The notes beneath the pieces were generated by a model that was given only the letters and a program-made list of their open reading frames with translations, was not told the DNA's origin and did no database searches. Positions 1 to 9,834 of a DNA stretch of 64,000 nucleotides are shown here, one piece after another. Positions within the stretch are counted from its first letter, which is position 1; the number at the start of each line of letters is the position of its first letter. The position numbers and the translations under genes are program-made. The stretch is from an uncultured Bacilli bacterium (GTDB lineage Bacteria; Bacillota_I; Bacilli_A; RFN20; CAG-826): positions 75,765 through 139,764 of the forward strand of contig CAKUXV010000004.1 in NCBI GenBank assembly GCA_934700895.1, given 5' to 3'.

Positions 1-4
1 CAAA

Positions 5-1645
5 TTGCAGTTGGATGCAATTGTTGGAGATATCGAATATTCCAAAGTTGGGGAAAAGAAAATCAGCGACAACATCGTTTCCTATGCCCGTGGCGGCTCC
101 ATGCGCATGAGTGCTTCCGCCGGCAGTAAAGACGACGCTTTCCTTCAATCTCCAGAAGGTACCTTCCGTTTTGACCAATATGCCTATACGTTAGAAGTTC
201 AAACAGCCGCGATTCCCGAAGAAGGCTTTGTTCACGGAGAACAAGGGGAATTCTCCTTGAATTTTTTGTACCGTGACACCGCGTCTTCTTCCTATTCTTC
301 CATCGTTCTTCAAGACTTCGGAACCGAAACCGGCACCCACCTGTTCCGTCTTTCGGACAACGAGACCCTTACGTCCTTCAACGGGGGATCGCTGCTCGGG
401 AAGTTCTATCTCACGATGAAACCCGATGCCAACAAGGAAACATCCGTCTTGGTGAGCAAAGTTCTCTTCTCCGTCGAAGGCGAAGCAACCGAATCAGAAA
501 AAACCGCGATGAGCAATCTTTCTTGCGCAGACGCAAACCTCACTCTAAATCGCCCAACCGTCGATAGTGAAAAAGCTTACGCCTATACGTCCAACGCCGA
601 TTTGAACATCTTCCAAGCCGATTATGTAACGGGTACATTCCGTTATGACTCCTATCAGGCGGCTTTTGGCGACTACACTTCTTCTAGCATCACGATGACC
701 GATCTCCAAACCTACCAAGACAAGGGATGGATGAGTTTTGCTTATCCCATCGAATCTTTCAAAAATGGTTCCATGGATAAAGCGGAGCAAACCAAATTCA
801 TCGAAGGGATTGCAATGACCGAAGAAGGCAAAGCCCATTGCCCCTTGCAGGTCAACGAAGAAAACCCCATCACCGTCCGCGTGGTCAAGGCCGGCAAAAT
901 CAAAACCGCTTCCTTCACCGGCACGATGTCCCGGTTCCGTGAATTCGGATATTCCACCATGCCAAGATTCCTCTTTGGCACGGATAATCAAGGGCGTGAC
1001 ATGTTCAAGCTCGTCTTCAACGGACTCCGTTATTCGATCATCCTTGGCGTCGCCACCACCTTCATCAATATCGTCATCGGCCTTATTTGGGGCGCAATCT
1101 CCGGTTATTTTGGCGGATGGACCGACATTGCGATGGAACGCGTTTGCGAAATCCTCGGCGGCATCCCATGGGTTGTTGTCATGACGTTGATCCTCATCAA
1201 CCGCCCCGACAACATGTCAACCATTTTGATGGTAGGCATTGCCCTCTGCACGACCGGATGGCTGGGAACCGCCTCATTAACGAGAACCCAGTTCTACCGA
1301 TTCAAGGACCGTGAATACATCCTTGCCGCCCGCACGTTGGGCGCCAGCGATTTCCGCTTGATCTTCCGCCACATTTTGCCCAACGCAATCGGAACTTTGA
1401 TCACTTCTAGCGTCTTGATGATCCCTTCGGTCATCTTCTCGGAAGCAAGCTTATCCTACTTGGGATTAGTTAACGGTATGGAAGGATTTGGCAGCGTCTT
1501 GTCGTCCAACCAAATCTACATGACCACCTACCCTTATTTGATTTTGTTCCCCAGCGTCGTCATGGCTCTCGTCATGATTTCGTTCAACCTCTTCGGCAAC
1601 GGGTTGCGCGACGCGTTTAATCCCAGTTTGAAAGGAGGAGAATAA
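5..1645 (+). CDS. oppC: Oligopeptide ABC transporter permease OppC/DppC-like, 5'-truncated by the window edge, with a >300-aa extracytoplasmic N-terminal region before the conserved C-terminal membrane domain
   Basis: Translated ORF ends with the typical OppC/DppC C-terminal membrane domain (GTDNQGRDMF..., ABC permease EAA-like loop 'ARTLGASDFRLIFRHILPNAI'). It lies directly upstream of oppD and oppF. Long soluble loops before this domain are typical of Mollicutes-type OppC. The ORF is open to the window start. Confidence 0.75.
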   Translation: MQLDAIVGDIEYSKVGEKKISDNIVSYARGGSMRMSASAGSKDDAFLQSPEGTFRFDQYAYTLEVQTAAIPEEGFVHGEQGEFSLNFLYRDTASSSYSSIVLQDFGTETGTHLFRLSDNETLTSFNGGSLLGKFYLTMKPDANKETSVLVSKVLFSVEGEATESEKTAMSNLSCADANLTLNRPTVDSEKAYAYTSNADLNIFQADYVTGTFRYDSYQAAFGDYTSSSITMTDLQTYQDKGWMSFAYPIESFKNGSMDKAEQTKFIEGIAMTEEGKAHCPLQVNEENPITVRVVKAGKIKTASFTGTMSRFREFGYSTMPRFLFGTDNQGRDMFKLVFNGLRYSIILGVATTFINIVIGLIWGAISGYFGGWTDIAMERVCEILGGIPWVVVMTLILINRPDNMSTILMVGIALCTTGWLGTASLTRTQFYRFKDREYILAARTLGASDFRLIFRHILPNAIGTLITSSVLMIPSVIFSEASLSYLGLVNGMEGFGSVLSSNQIYMTTYPYLILFPSVVMALVMISFNLFGNGLRDAFNPSLKGGE

Positions 1646-1646
1646 T

Positions 1647-3488
1647 ATGGCCGTCCAGTTAACCAAAAAAGACCGCGCCCTCATTGAAGGGGATGCTTCT
1701 CTTCCTTCCACGAAGGCTCTCGAAGTCAGAAACCTTACCATCTCGTTCCGCACGGACAACGGCAAAGTCCAAGCCGTCCGTGGTGTTTCCTTCGACTTAT
1801 ACAAAGGAGAAACCCTTTGCATTGTTGGAGAATCCGGTTCTGGCAAATCCGTTACATCTAAAGCCATCATGGGCATTCTTTCGCCTAACGCGATTATCGA
1901 AGGCGGATCGATTCTTTATAACGGGATCGATTTAACCAAAGCCAGCGAAGCCGAATTCCAACGCATCCGCGGCAAGAAAATCGGGATGATTTTCCAAGAT
2001 CCGCTTTCTTCGTTGAACCCCATTGTCAAAATCGGCAAGCAAATCACCGAAACCATGCTCATTAACGCGGATATGCTGAAGCGATATTATGAAGATTTAA
2101 TCGCACCCGAGCATACCGCCTACATGAACGCGGCTTCCATGCGAGACGTTAAAATCGCCGACGCAGAAAATAAAGCCACCCTTCCACTTCCTGGATATCA
2201 GGACCGCGTTGAAATAATCGAAAGCGAAATCGCTTCGATTCAAGGGCAAATCGCTGATTTAAAGAAAAAGAAGGAGGACGTATCGTCTTTAAAGGCCGAA
2301 CTCCAAAAGAAAAAGGAAGAACTAAATGCCGTCAAAAAGGAAAACGCCGAGCATTTAAAGAAAGCCAAAGCTGATGCCAAGGCCGCGATTTTAGAAGCCA
2401 AGAAAGAATATAAGAAGGTGGCTCCAGGTCTATATAAAGCTCTGCAAGAAGCGAAAAAGAAGGCCAAGGCAGCCACGGAAAAACACCACGAGGAACTAAA
2501 AGCCGAACTCCAAAAAGGCTTAGATGGCATTGCCGCGAAACGTGCTTTGCTTTCCGTTAAGCCCGAAGATCACGTCCGCGCTGATGAACTTGCTTCTCAA
2601 ATCAAGAAAACGGAATGGTTGTTCCGCTTCAAGATTGGGCTCTGCTACTTCTTGCCCAAAAAGCATTTGGCTTTACAGCAGCAAAAAGAAGCCGCTTTAA
2701 AACCCTTGGTCGAGGAACGGAATCAAATCCTCGCCGAGAAAATCACCTTGGACAAGGAAGAAGCCGAAATCCGTGAGGCCTATCAGTCTCAAGTTCGTAT
2801 CACCAAAAAGATGGCCAAAGAAAAAGCTTTGTCCGTTATGCGCGAAGTTGGCATTCCTCAACCGGAGAAGCGCTTCAAGCAATATCCATTCCAATTCTCA
2901 GGTGGTATGCGTCAACGCATCGTCATCGCCATCGCCTTGATTTCCGAACCGGACGTTTTGATTTGCGATGAGCCCACCACGGCTTTGGACGTTACGATCC
3001 AAGCCCAGATTCTTGAGCTCATCAATAAACTCAAAGCCGCGCACAACATGTCGGTTATCTTCATCACCCACGACCTCGGCGTCGTCGCCAATATGGCGGA
3101 CCGCGTCGCCGTCATGTACGCAGGTAAAATCTGCGAATACGGAACGGACAAAGAAATCTTCTTTGACCCCCGTCACCCCTATACCTGGGCCCTTTTGGCC
3201 TCAATCCCCGATATCGATTCCAAAGAAAAGCTCGAAGCCATCCCCGGAACTCCGCCGGATATGATTTATCCGCCAAAGGGGGACGCGTTCGCGTTAAGAA
3301 ATCGTTATGCGATTGGAGCGGATTTCAAATACGAACCGCCTTTGTTCCAAATCACCCCCACCCATTACTGCGCTTCGTGGCTCGAATACGAGGGTGCACC
3401 GAAAGTGAATCCCCCTCGCATCGTCACCCAACGCATTTCCCACGCATTAAAAGAAGAGGAGGCTAAGCGCGCCCATGAAAAAGAATAA
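1647..3488 (+). CDS. oppD: Oligopeptide ABC transporter ATP-binding protein OppD (613 aa) with a roughly 250-aa Lys/Glu-rich coiled-coil insertion between the Walker A region and the ABC signature
   Basis: Walker A 'GESGSGKS', signature 'FSGGMRQR', Walker B 'LICDEPTTALD', H-loop 'ITHDL' and the Opp C-terminal domain 'PYTWALLASIP' are all present. The start lies 2 nt after the oppC stop. The insertion 'KKKKEDVSSLKAELQKKKEELNAVKKENAEHLKKAKADAK...' has heptad-like periodicity. Confidence 0.85.
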   Translation: MAVQLTKKDRALIEGDASLPSTKALEVRNLTISFRTDNGKVQAVRGVSFDLYKGETLCIVGESGSGKSVTSKAIMGILSPNAIIEGGSILYNGIDLTKASEAEFQRIRGKKIGMIFQDPLSSLNPIVKIGKQITETMLINADMLKRYYEDLIAPEHTAYMNAASMRDVKIADAENKATLPLPGYQDRVEIIESEIASIQGQIADLKKKKEDVSSLKAELQKKKEELNAVKKENAEHLKKAKADAKAAILEAKKEYKKVAPGLYKALQEAKKKAKAATEKHHEELKAELQKGLDGIAAKRALLSVKPEDHVRADELASQIKKTEWLFRFKIGLCYFLPKKHLALQQQKEAALKPLVEERNQILAEKITLDKEEAEIREAYQSQVRITKKMAKEKALSVMREVGIPQPEKRFKQYPFQFSGGMRQRIVIAIALISEPDVLICDEPTTALDVTIQAQILELINKLKAAHNMSVIFITHDLGVVANMADRVAVMYAGKICEYGTDKEIFFDPRHPYTWALLASIPDIDSKEKLEAIPGTPPDMIYPPKGDAFALRNRYAIGADFKYEPPLFQITPTHYCASWLEYEGAPKVNPPRIVTQRISHALKEEEAKRAHEKE

Positions 3489-5124
3489 TTCCACCAAAGA
3501 CATCGCTTTGGCTGAATCCACTGACAAAGTAATCGAGGAATTCCAAGAGCAGGAAGCCCCTTCTTTTGACGCGGGAGCAGAAAAAGTAACCCCCGAGCAA
3601 GAGGAAAAAGAGGAAAGGGAATTCCACCACTTGGAATCCAGCGTTCCCACCTTAGAAGAAACCAAAGCCCGTTACGCGGAAGAAAAAGAAATCCGCAAGC
3701 ATCGCAAAGAAAATGCCAAAGTCGCTTTAAACGTTGAAAAAACCAAACTTAATCAGCTGAAAGTGAATCTAGGCAAAGTCAAACTCGATCCTTCCAAGAA
3801 GGACGAAATCGCCATATTGGAAAAGCAAGTCGCGGCTCAGCAGGAAATCGTAGACGAGAAAGACCTCGCGGTCAAACTCGCTCACATCACCTATAAGCCA
3901 GAACTCGCGGAAAACAAAACAATTTTAGCCGTTCGCCACCTCCGCATGTTCTTCCGTCTTGGCGCGTGGCCTAATTACGTCAAGCTCAAAGCCGTCCATG
4001 ACGTTTCCTTTGATATCAAAGAAGGAGAAACCTTTGGCATTGTCGGCGAATCCGGATGCGGCAAATCGACGACCGGACGTTGCATCATGCATCTTTATGA
4101 CATCACCAGCGGCTCCATCTATTTTAAAGGATACCGCGTGGGAGCAGGCGACCGTTGGAACAAAAAGGAAATCAAATACTCCAATATTCACGCGAACGAA
4201 GCCATCGCGGACTTAAAGAGGGAAGAGGCCACTCGCTGCGCTTCCGCTTCTAACGCGGAACAAGAAAAAATCCATCAGGAAATCCAAGGGAAAATCGCGG
4301 CCATCAACGATCGTCGCCAAATGGTTTTGGAACGTCAGAAGACGAAAATCAAAGCCATTCACTATGACAACAAGCATGCCCCGCGTGCCCTTCTTAATGA
4401 AATTCAGATGATCTTCCAAGACCCCGTGGATTCTTTGGATCCGCGCATGACGGTCGAAGACATCATTCAAGAAGGTTTACGTATCCAGGGCAAACACAAC
4501 CGTTTGGACAACCATCAAAAGACGGTGGAGATCCTTAAGAAAGTCGGCCTCGTTCCCGAGCACGCTTCCCGCTACCCCCACGAATTCTCCGGTGGTCAAC
4601 GTCAACGTATTGGTATCGCTCGTGCGCTCATCATGAATCCCAAGCTCTTGATTTGCGATGAGCCCATCTCCGCTTTGGACGTTTCGATTCGCGCCCAAAT
4701 CATCAATTTGTTGAATGACTTAAAAGAAGAAATGGGACTTACGATGATTTTCATCGCCCACGACCTTTCTACCGTTAAGTACTTCTGCAACCGCATCGCG
4801 GTTATGTATTTTGGGAATATGGTGGAACTCGCTACTTCCGAAGAGCTCTTCCGTCACCCATTGCACCCCTATACCAAATCTCTTCTTTCGGCGATTCCTC
4901 AACCGAACCCCTTTTCCGAGAAAAGACGTCAACGCATCGTTTATCACCCGGATGAGGTTCATGACTATTCGACCGATAAGCCTTCGTTCCGCGAAATCCT
5001 TCCTGGCCATTTCGTCCTATGCAACGACAAAGAAGAGGCGGAATACAAAAAGGAAATCGAGGCTTTGGATAAAGGGGACATCGTCCTTCGCGGCGGTGTT
5101 GAAGTTCGGAAAAACGAGCAATAA
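3475..5124 (+). CDS. oppF: Oligopeptide ABC transporter ATP-binding protein OppF (549 aa) with a roughly 150-aa acidic/coiled-coil N-terminal extension and an internal insertion
   Basis: Walker A 'GESGCGKST', signature 'FSGGQRQR', Walker B '[11 protein letters not shown]' and the Opp C-terminal '[12 protein letters not shown]' are present. The gene overlaps the oppD stop by 14 nt, suggesting translational coupling. Confidence 0.85.
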   Translation: MKKNNSTKDIALAESTDKVIEEFQEQEAPSFDAGAEKVTPEQEEKEEREFHHLESSVPTLEETKARYAEEKEIRKHRKENAKVALNVEKTKLNQLKVNLGKVKLDPSKKDEIAILEKQVAAQQEIVDEKDLAVKLAHITYKPELAENKTILAVRHLRMFFRLGAWPNYVKLKAVHDVSFDIKEGETFGIVGESGCGKSTTGRCIMHLYDITSGSIYFKGYRVGAGDRWNKKEIKYSNIHANEAIADLKREEATRCASASNAEQEKIHQEIQGKIAAINDRRQMVLERQKTKIKAIHYDNKHAPRALLNEIQMIFQDPVDSLDPRMTVEDIIQEGLRIQGKHNRLDNHQKTVEILKKVGLVPEHASRYPHEFSGGQRQRIGIARALIMNPKLLICDEPISALDVSIRAQIINLLNDLKEEMGLTMIFIAHDLSTVKYFCNRIAVMYFGNMVELATSEELFRHPLHPYTKSLLSAIPQPNPFSEKRRQRIVYHPDEVHDYSTDKPSFREILPGHFVLCNDKEEAEYKKEIEALDKGDIVLRGGVEVRKNEQ

Positions 5125-5142
5125 ATCCTTAAACGTCTTTAA

Positions 5143-5180
5143 AAGGGAAAATGGCGCTTATGCTTTTCCCCTTTTTTATT
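5143..5180 (+). terminator. Rho-independent terminator downstream of oppF
   Basis: GC-rich inverted repeat GGGAAAA...TTTTCCCC followed by a TTTTTTATTTT run just after the oppF stop. Confidence 0.55.
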
Positions 5181-5325
5181 TTGAGGTATTTTCTCCACAT
5201 CTTACGGGCAATCACGCATTCTGGTTCAACGTTGTGGTACACAAAGTTAAAAGTTTCTAGTAAATGGGGGTTAATTAAACATTTTCTTTTGTCAAGGGAG
5301 CGACACTAACTCCTAATTGTAGTTC

Positions 5326-6120
5326 TCAATCAACCAGCCAAGAGAGCAAATGATAGTCGGATGAAAGATACACGTTTGGCACATCAAAATGGGTATACCC
5401 CTCTATGATTGTGATTTTTGCTTCGTCGTTCATTTTGGATAACGAATGAATGAAATCAATGGAGCTTTGCGGATCAACAATGGTGTCGTCCGTACCTACA
5501 AACGCCCATACGGGTTTATCTTTTAATTTATTTAAGTTGGCGTCGTTTAATGTTACGTTCCCGGAAAGTGGGGCGATTTTATAGAATGCATTCGGATTGG
5601 AAAGGGCGATATCCCACGTACCTTTGCCACCCATCGAATGACCGGTAATGGAAATTCTCCCCTTGTTGCACTTTAATTCAGCTGAAACCTCATTTAAAAA
5701 TGAAAATAAATCATTTCCTACATCGCTCCAGCCCCGTTTTCCATATGGAAGTTGTGGAAAAACAATATACGAATTCGGGGACACTTTGTTTTCTTTAACG
5801 AATTTTGGCAATCCGTCCTCGTTCGTTAGCAAATTTAAATCGCCTTCCGCGCTTGTTGGTTTTCCGCTTCCGCCATGCAGATAGAGAATCAAAGGCATGT
5901 CTTCAATCGCATTTTCCGGAGTGTAAAGGTAATAATTAAACTTTTGTCCCGATTCAAGCGTTAACGCCAAAGCGTCAAACGATGATGGACTCACGTTATC
6001 ACTGGTAGATTTTATGTTTTCCGATTCAGTGTTACCAATTGAACTGTTTCCAGCATTTGCGCAAGAGCACAATAGCAATAACGGAAGAAAGCATGCTTCG
6101 GTAAGTTTTCTCATTTTCAT
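5326..6120 (-). CDS. Secreted lipoprotein esterase/lipase of the alpha/beta-hydrolase fold
   Basis: Start trimmed to 'MKMRKLTEACFLPLLLLCSCANAG', which has a lipobox and an AGGA ribosome-binding site upstream, inside the longer tracked ORF. Nucleophile elbow 'GHSMGG' and C-terminal His are present. Base composition is AT-rich relative to the core genes. Confidence 0.7.
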   Translation of the reverse strand: MKMRKLTEACFLPLLLLCSCANAGNSSIGNTESENIKSTSDNVSPSSFDALALTLESGQKFNYYLYTPENAIEDMPLILYLHGGSGKPTSAEGDLNLLTNEDGLPKFVKENKVSPNSYIVFPQLPYGKRGWSDVGNDLFSFLNEVSAELKCNKGRISITGHSMGGKGTWDIALSNPNAFYKIAPLSGNVTLNDANLNKLKDKPVWAFVGTDDTIVDPQSSIDFIHSLSKMNDEAKITIIEGYTHFDVPNVYLSSDYHLLSWLVD

Positions 6121-6541
6121 ATAGAAATCCTCTTTAAAACCCTGTACGTATGGTAGCACCGGGTTAAAAACATGCCATAAGAAGTTGTGCTTTTGTTTAA
6201 ATGCCGAAATTTCCCATTCATAAAGGGGCTGGCACCATTTGTACCCCAAAAAATGTCGCTCATTAAAACGCCTCTCATAATTTGCAAAGGCGTCCTGAAC
6301 ATAGCGCAAAGCTGGCTCTGCCTTTGAAAGGATAGATAAAACTTTTTAATAGATTTGAAATATAAACCGGTATTTTGTTTCGACAATCTAGTACTAAAAT
6401 GAACACCATATTTATCATTTGCAAAAATAATTTTTGAAAGAACACCGTTGCAGGTGCACTGGTAACCTTAAAGTAGACACTCCATTCAAATATTTGGACA
6501 CCATGGAATAAAATTTACGCAAGGAGGCCTCTAAGGAGAAT

Positions 6542-7276
6542 ATGACAAAGGAAAAATTAGACATAGGGAGGCACGTCTGCGAACACGAGCTCACCGCAAA
6601 GGAGGCAGCCGAATCGAGCCGGGTGACACTTCAGGCGATTTACGCCTACGTAAGGGATACATGAAATCAATCGGAATCGAGCTGCTTCCGCGCGGAATCA
6701 AAAGGCCGGAGCCGACAGCCGATTACGGGTCGATGACGAAGGGGGGCTCATAAACGAGCTGATGCTCAAAGACATCGAGGTGGCCCGCGCAAAAAAGGGT
6801 ACTCGGTGAAAGGGGGCGGAAAGGCGACAGGAACACGTATTTCGACGGTTTGGAGATGGTCGCCGAAAAGATAAAGAAAATAGAAGGGCTCAATCCGATT
6901 TTGCACACCGATCAAGGCACCGCCTACGCTTCAAAGGGCTTCAACGAGCTCCTTCCCCCAATATCATCTCACGCATTCGATGTCCCGCGCTGGAACGCCG
7001 ACGGACAAAGGGGCGATGGAGGCCGTGAACGGGCGGGCCAAAATCGAGATGTTCATCGATTTCGACGCGGCCCATTGCGGCGACGTGCCGTCGTTCGTTG
7101 AGGCGCGCATAAAGTTTTTCAACGAGGAAAGGCCGTCTTGCGCCTTGGGCTGCGCGACGCCGAGGGCGTATAGGGAAGCGGCCGCAAAAAGGGAACCCGC
7201 CCCCAAGAAGCCAAGCAAAATCAAATACGAGAGGAAGCAAAAGGCAATCAAGGAGGCGGAAAAAAAGAATCATTAA
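6542..7276 (+). pseudogene. Degraded IS3-family transposase remnant: OrfA-like HTH N-terminus plus a frameshifted C-terminal part of the DDE integrase core
   Basis: A short ORF 6542-6664 encodes an HTH ('...HELTAKEAAESSRVTLQAIYAYVRD'). Downstream fragments in two frames carry DDE motifs: 'LHTDQGTAYASKGF' (second Asp region), 'SRAGTPTDKGAMEAVNGRAKIEM' (Glu region) and a C-terminal '...LGCATPRAYRE'. A frameshift and internal deletion are evident. GC is about 58% by eye, far above the surroundings. Confidence 0.6.
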
Positions 7277-7349
7277 AAGTGTCTACAAAACGTTGACTAC
7301 TGCACTTTTAACTCCTCGCTAAAAATTGTAATTTGTCTCTCAAATGTTT

Positions 7350-7826
7350 TTATAGTGTTTTAATCCAATTTTCAATATCTTGTTCTTTTGTAACAAGTTT
7401 ATCGCTATAACTTTCAAATACAATGTTCATACCTTCGTAAATTTCTGAATTTGGACATAAAGTTCTAATTTCTTTGAACGTCTTTCCAAGCCATCCAGCA
7501 TTAGTTGCAAAAGGCTTTATTGTTTTCCCTGATAAATCATTTCGATTCAAAAATGTTCTTATTGCAGGAGCAGGTCTGTACCACCATACAGGAGTTCCAA
7601 GTATAATTTCATCATATTTGCTTAAATCAATGTCTGTGTCTTGTATTTTTGGCAAACGATTACTAGCCTCACTATTTTGTTCATCTTTTACAACAGCATC
7701 ATAATCTTCTGAATATGGAATAACTGTTTTGATTTCTAAAATATCGCAATTCAAATTTTCTCTAATTTTGTTTGCTATCATTTTTGTATTGCCTGTATAA
7801 GAAAAAAATACTACTAATTTATTCAT
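7350..7826 (-). CDS. Flavodoxin
   Basis: 158-aa protein with N-terminal 'VVFFSYTGNTKMIANKI' (flavodoxin FMN phosphate-binding loop T/SxTGxT). Gene is very AT-rich. Confidence 0.75.
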   Translation of the reverse strand: MNKLVVFFSYTGNTKMIANKIRENLNCDILEIKTVIPYSEDYDAVVKDEQNSEASNRLPKIQDTDIDLSKYDEIILGTPVWWYRPAPAIRTFLNRNDLSGKTIKPFATNAGWLGKTFKEIRTLCPNSEIYEGMNIVFESYSDKLVTKEQDIENWIKTL

Positions 7827-7844
7827 AAATTTCCTCCTAATTTT

Positions 7845-8591
7845 TTATAGTTTATCATATTCCTCATTCGTAACCTTTTCGCACCATTCATTACTTGTAT
7901 TTTCTCCTGGTACTTCTATCGCTAAATGACTAAACCATTTATCTTTTTTTGCACCATGCCAATGTTTAACATTGGCTGGAACGGTTACTACATCTCCTAT
8001 TTTTAAACTTTGAGGCTTTTTGCCTTCTTCTTGATACCATCCTTCTCCATCAACACAGATTAAAATTTGACCACCACCTTCTGTTGCCTTATGAATATGC
8101 CAATTATTTCTACAACCTGGTTCAAAAGTAACATTTGCTATAAATACTTTTGTTTCGTTAGGATTTGTTAATGGTTTTAAATATGAATTTCCAACAAAAT
8201 ATTTTGCAAATGATGTGTTAGGTTCTCCAATTCCAAAAGCTCCTCCATGAGTTTTTTGTGTTTCTTCATTTGCATATACTTCATTTATTAAAGCAAAAGC
8301 ACTCCACGCTTTTGGCCATCCAGAATAAAAGGCTAAATGTGTTACAATTTCAACTGCTTCTTCTTTTGTAATTCCATGTTTTTTTCCCATGACAAAATGT
8401 GATTTTAATTGCGGAAATAAACCTTGTGCCATTAAAGCTGATATTGTAATCATGCTTCTATCCCTTAACGATAGTTTATCCTCTCTATTCCATATTTCTC
8501 CAAACAATATATCATCATTTAGTTCAGCAAATTTTGGAGCTAACTTTCCTAAATTTTCTCTGCCTGCTGTTTGTTTTTCCATAAATATCAA
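7845..8591 (-). CDS. Carboxymuconolactone decarboxylase (AhpD-like)/cupin two-domain protein
   Basis: N-terminal CMD/AhpD-like helical domain ('...HLAFYSGWPKAWSA...') fused to a C-terminal cupin beta-barrel ('...NNWHIHKATEGGGQILICVDGEGWY...PANVKHWHGA'). AT-rich. Confidence 0.65.
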   Translation of the reverse strand: MIFMEKQTAGRENLGKLAPKFAELNDDILFGEIWNREDKLSLRDRSMITISALMAQGLFPQLKSHFVMGKKHGITKEEAVEIVTHLAFYSGWPKAWSAFALINEVYANEETQKTHGGAFGIGEPNTSFAKYFVGNSYLKPLTNPNETKVFIANVTFEPGCRNNWHIHKATEGGGQILICVDGEGWYQEEGKKPQSLKIGDVVTVPANVKHWHGAKKDKWFSHLAIEVPGENTSNEWCEKVTNEEYDKL

Positions 8592-9146
8592 TTCCTTTCC
8601 AAAGATAAAGCAACTGTTACATTACCTTTTTCTAATATATTTTTAATTTTTCCTGATTTATATCTTCTATATATCCCAATTTTGTAAAACCCCCAACTAT
8701 TTGTATCATAGTAAATTACTAATTTGTTCATTTAACGCTTTCTTCTTTTGATAACGAACTTCTTCATTATTTCCTTCATCAAAATATCCATTTGCTTTTT
8801 TTCATATCATACATAGTTACAGCAACCGTTGCTTTAATCCTTGGATCAAGCGATGTAGCATTTAACGCCATACCGCCCAAGCCACATATCTCAATAATGC
8901 CAATGTGCTCCTCGTCTACATTATCCAAAGACGACAAAACATATCTGCAGCAAGCGTTATTCCAGATCTATAGCAAACGTTACCTTTCTTCTGTTGACAT
9001 CATTATATCTAGAAAATGTCTTGTCCCATTTTTCTATCAAATTCTTTATTTTGATTTTGCTCATATCTATCTTCCTATTTTAGAATCATATGTAATATAA
9101 CATCAGTTTTGTAGCGCTCAACGAAAGCCTTCCAACAAAACCGCTA

Positions 9147-9590
9147 TCATTCTTTTGACTTTTGGATCTCTTCTTTTATATCGTATAATTTATTCAACAA
9201 TTCATTCAGTTTTTTGTTTAATAAGCCACCGTTTTTTATTGATTCATAAGCCTTCTCCTCTATCTCATATAGTTCTTGTAGCATTGAAGAAGCATATTCT
9301 TTTCCTTCATCAGTCAATTTAACACTCAATTCTCTTTTCTCACCTATAATTTGACTTAAGAAGACATAACCATCCGCTTCCAATTCCTTAATAATTGTAT
9401 TGATCGTAGTTCTAGGCAAATCCCATGTGTCACATATTTCTTTTTGACTATGCTCTTCCCCATCGTTCAAAGCATACAATATCCATAAAAGATTAGGCTT
9501 GACTGACTTCTCTTTAGCATATTCGGTATAAAACCCATCTATGCTGTAGATAAGCTTTCCAAATTCGTAAAAAAATATTCTAGAATTCAT
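9147..9590 (-). CDS. MarR/winged-helix family transcriptional regulator
   Basis: 147-aa protein with a central wHTH ('...SQKEICDTWDLPRTTINTIIKELEADGYVF...'). AT-rich; adjacent to the tmRNA 3' end. Confidence 0.6.
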   Translation of the reverse strand: MNSRIFFYEFGKLIYSIDGFYTEYAKEKSVKPNLLWILYALNDGEEHSQKEICDTWDLPRTTINTIIKELEADGYVFLSQIIGEKRELSVKLTDEGKEYASSMLQELYEIEEKAYESIKNGGLLNKKLNELLNKLYDIKEEIQKSKE

Positions 9591-9834
9591 ACTTTAACTT
9601 TCCTGTTAAAATCCTAATTCGTATTATAATACCAAAACCACTTTTCAGTCTACTCTTTTACAGTATTTTCACTTTTTTCATCCGTCACGTAGTCTTTTTT
9701 CTTTTCTAGATTGTTTAACTTTCAATCCTTTTAGAGTGATAGAGAGACACCGCGCTGAAGAGGCAAAAACGAATCAAAAACAAGTTGCAATAAAAAAGGT
9801 TTAACACAAATTGTATTAAACCTATGTTTTCTTA

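Noticed and set aside
5125-6540. Search for a direct repeat of the tmRNA 3' end (attR-like) that would delimit the islet
   Set aside because: No convincing copy of the CGAACCCCGGTCCG/TGGTGGAGTCGCGGG segment was found by eye in the intergenic regions at 5125-5330 or 6386-6540. The island boundary remains undefined.
8792-9100. 102-aa plus-strand ORF in the AT-rich islet
   Set aside because: It has no ribosome-binding site, sits in a region that reads as decayed gene debris on the opposite strand, and its product is low-complexity.
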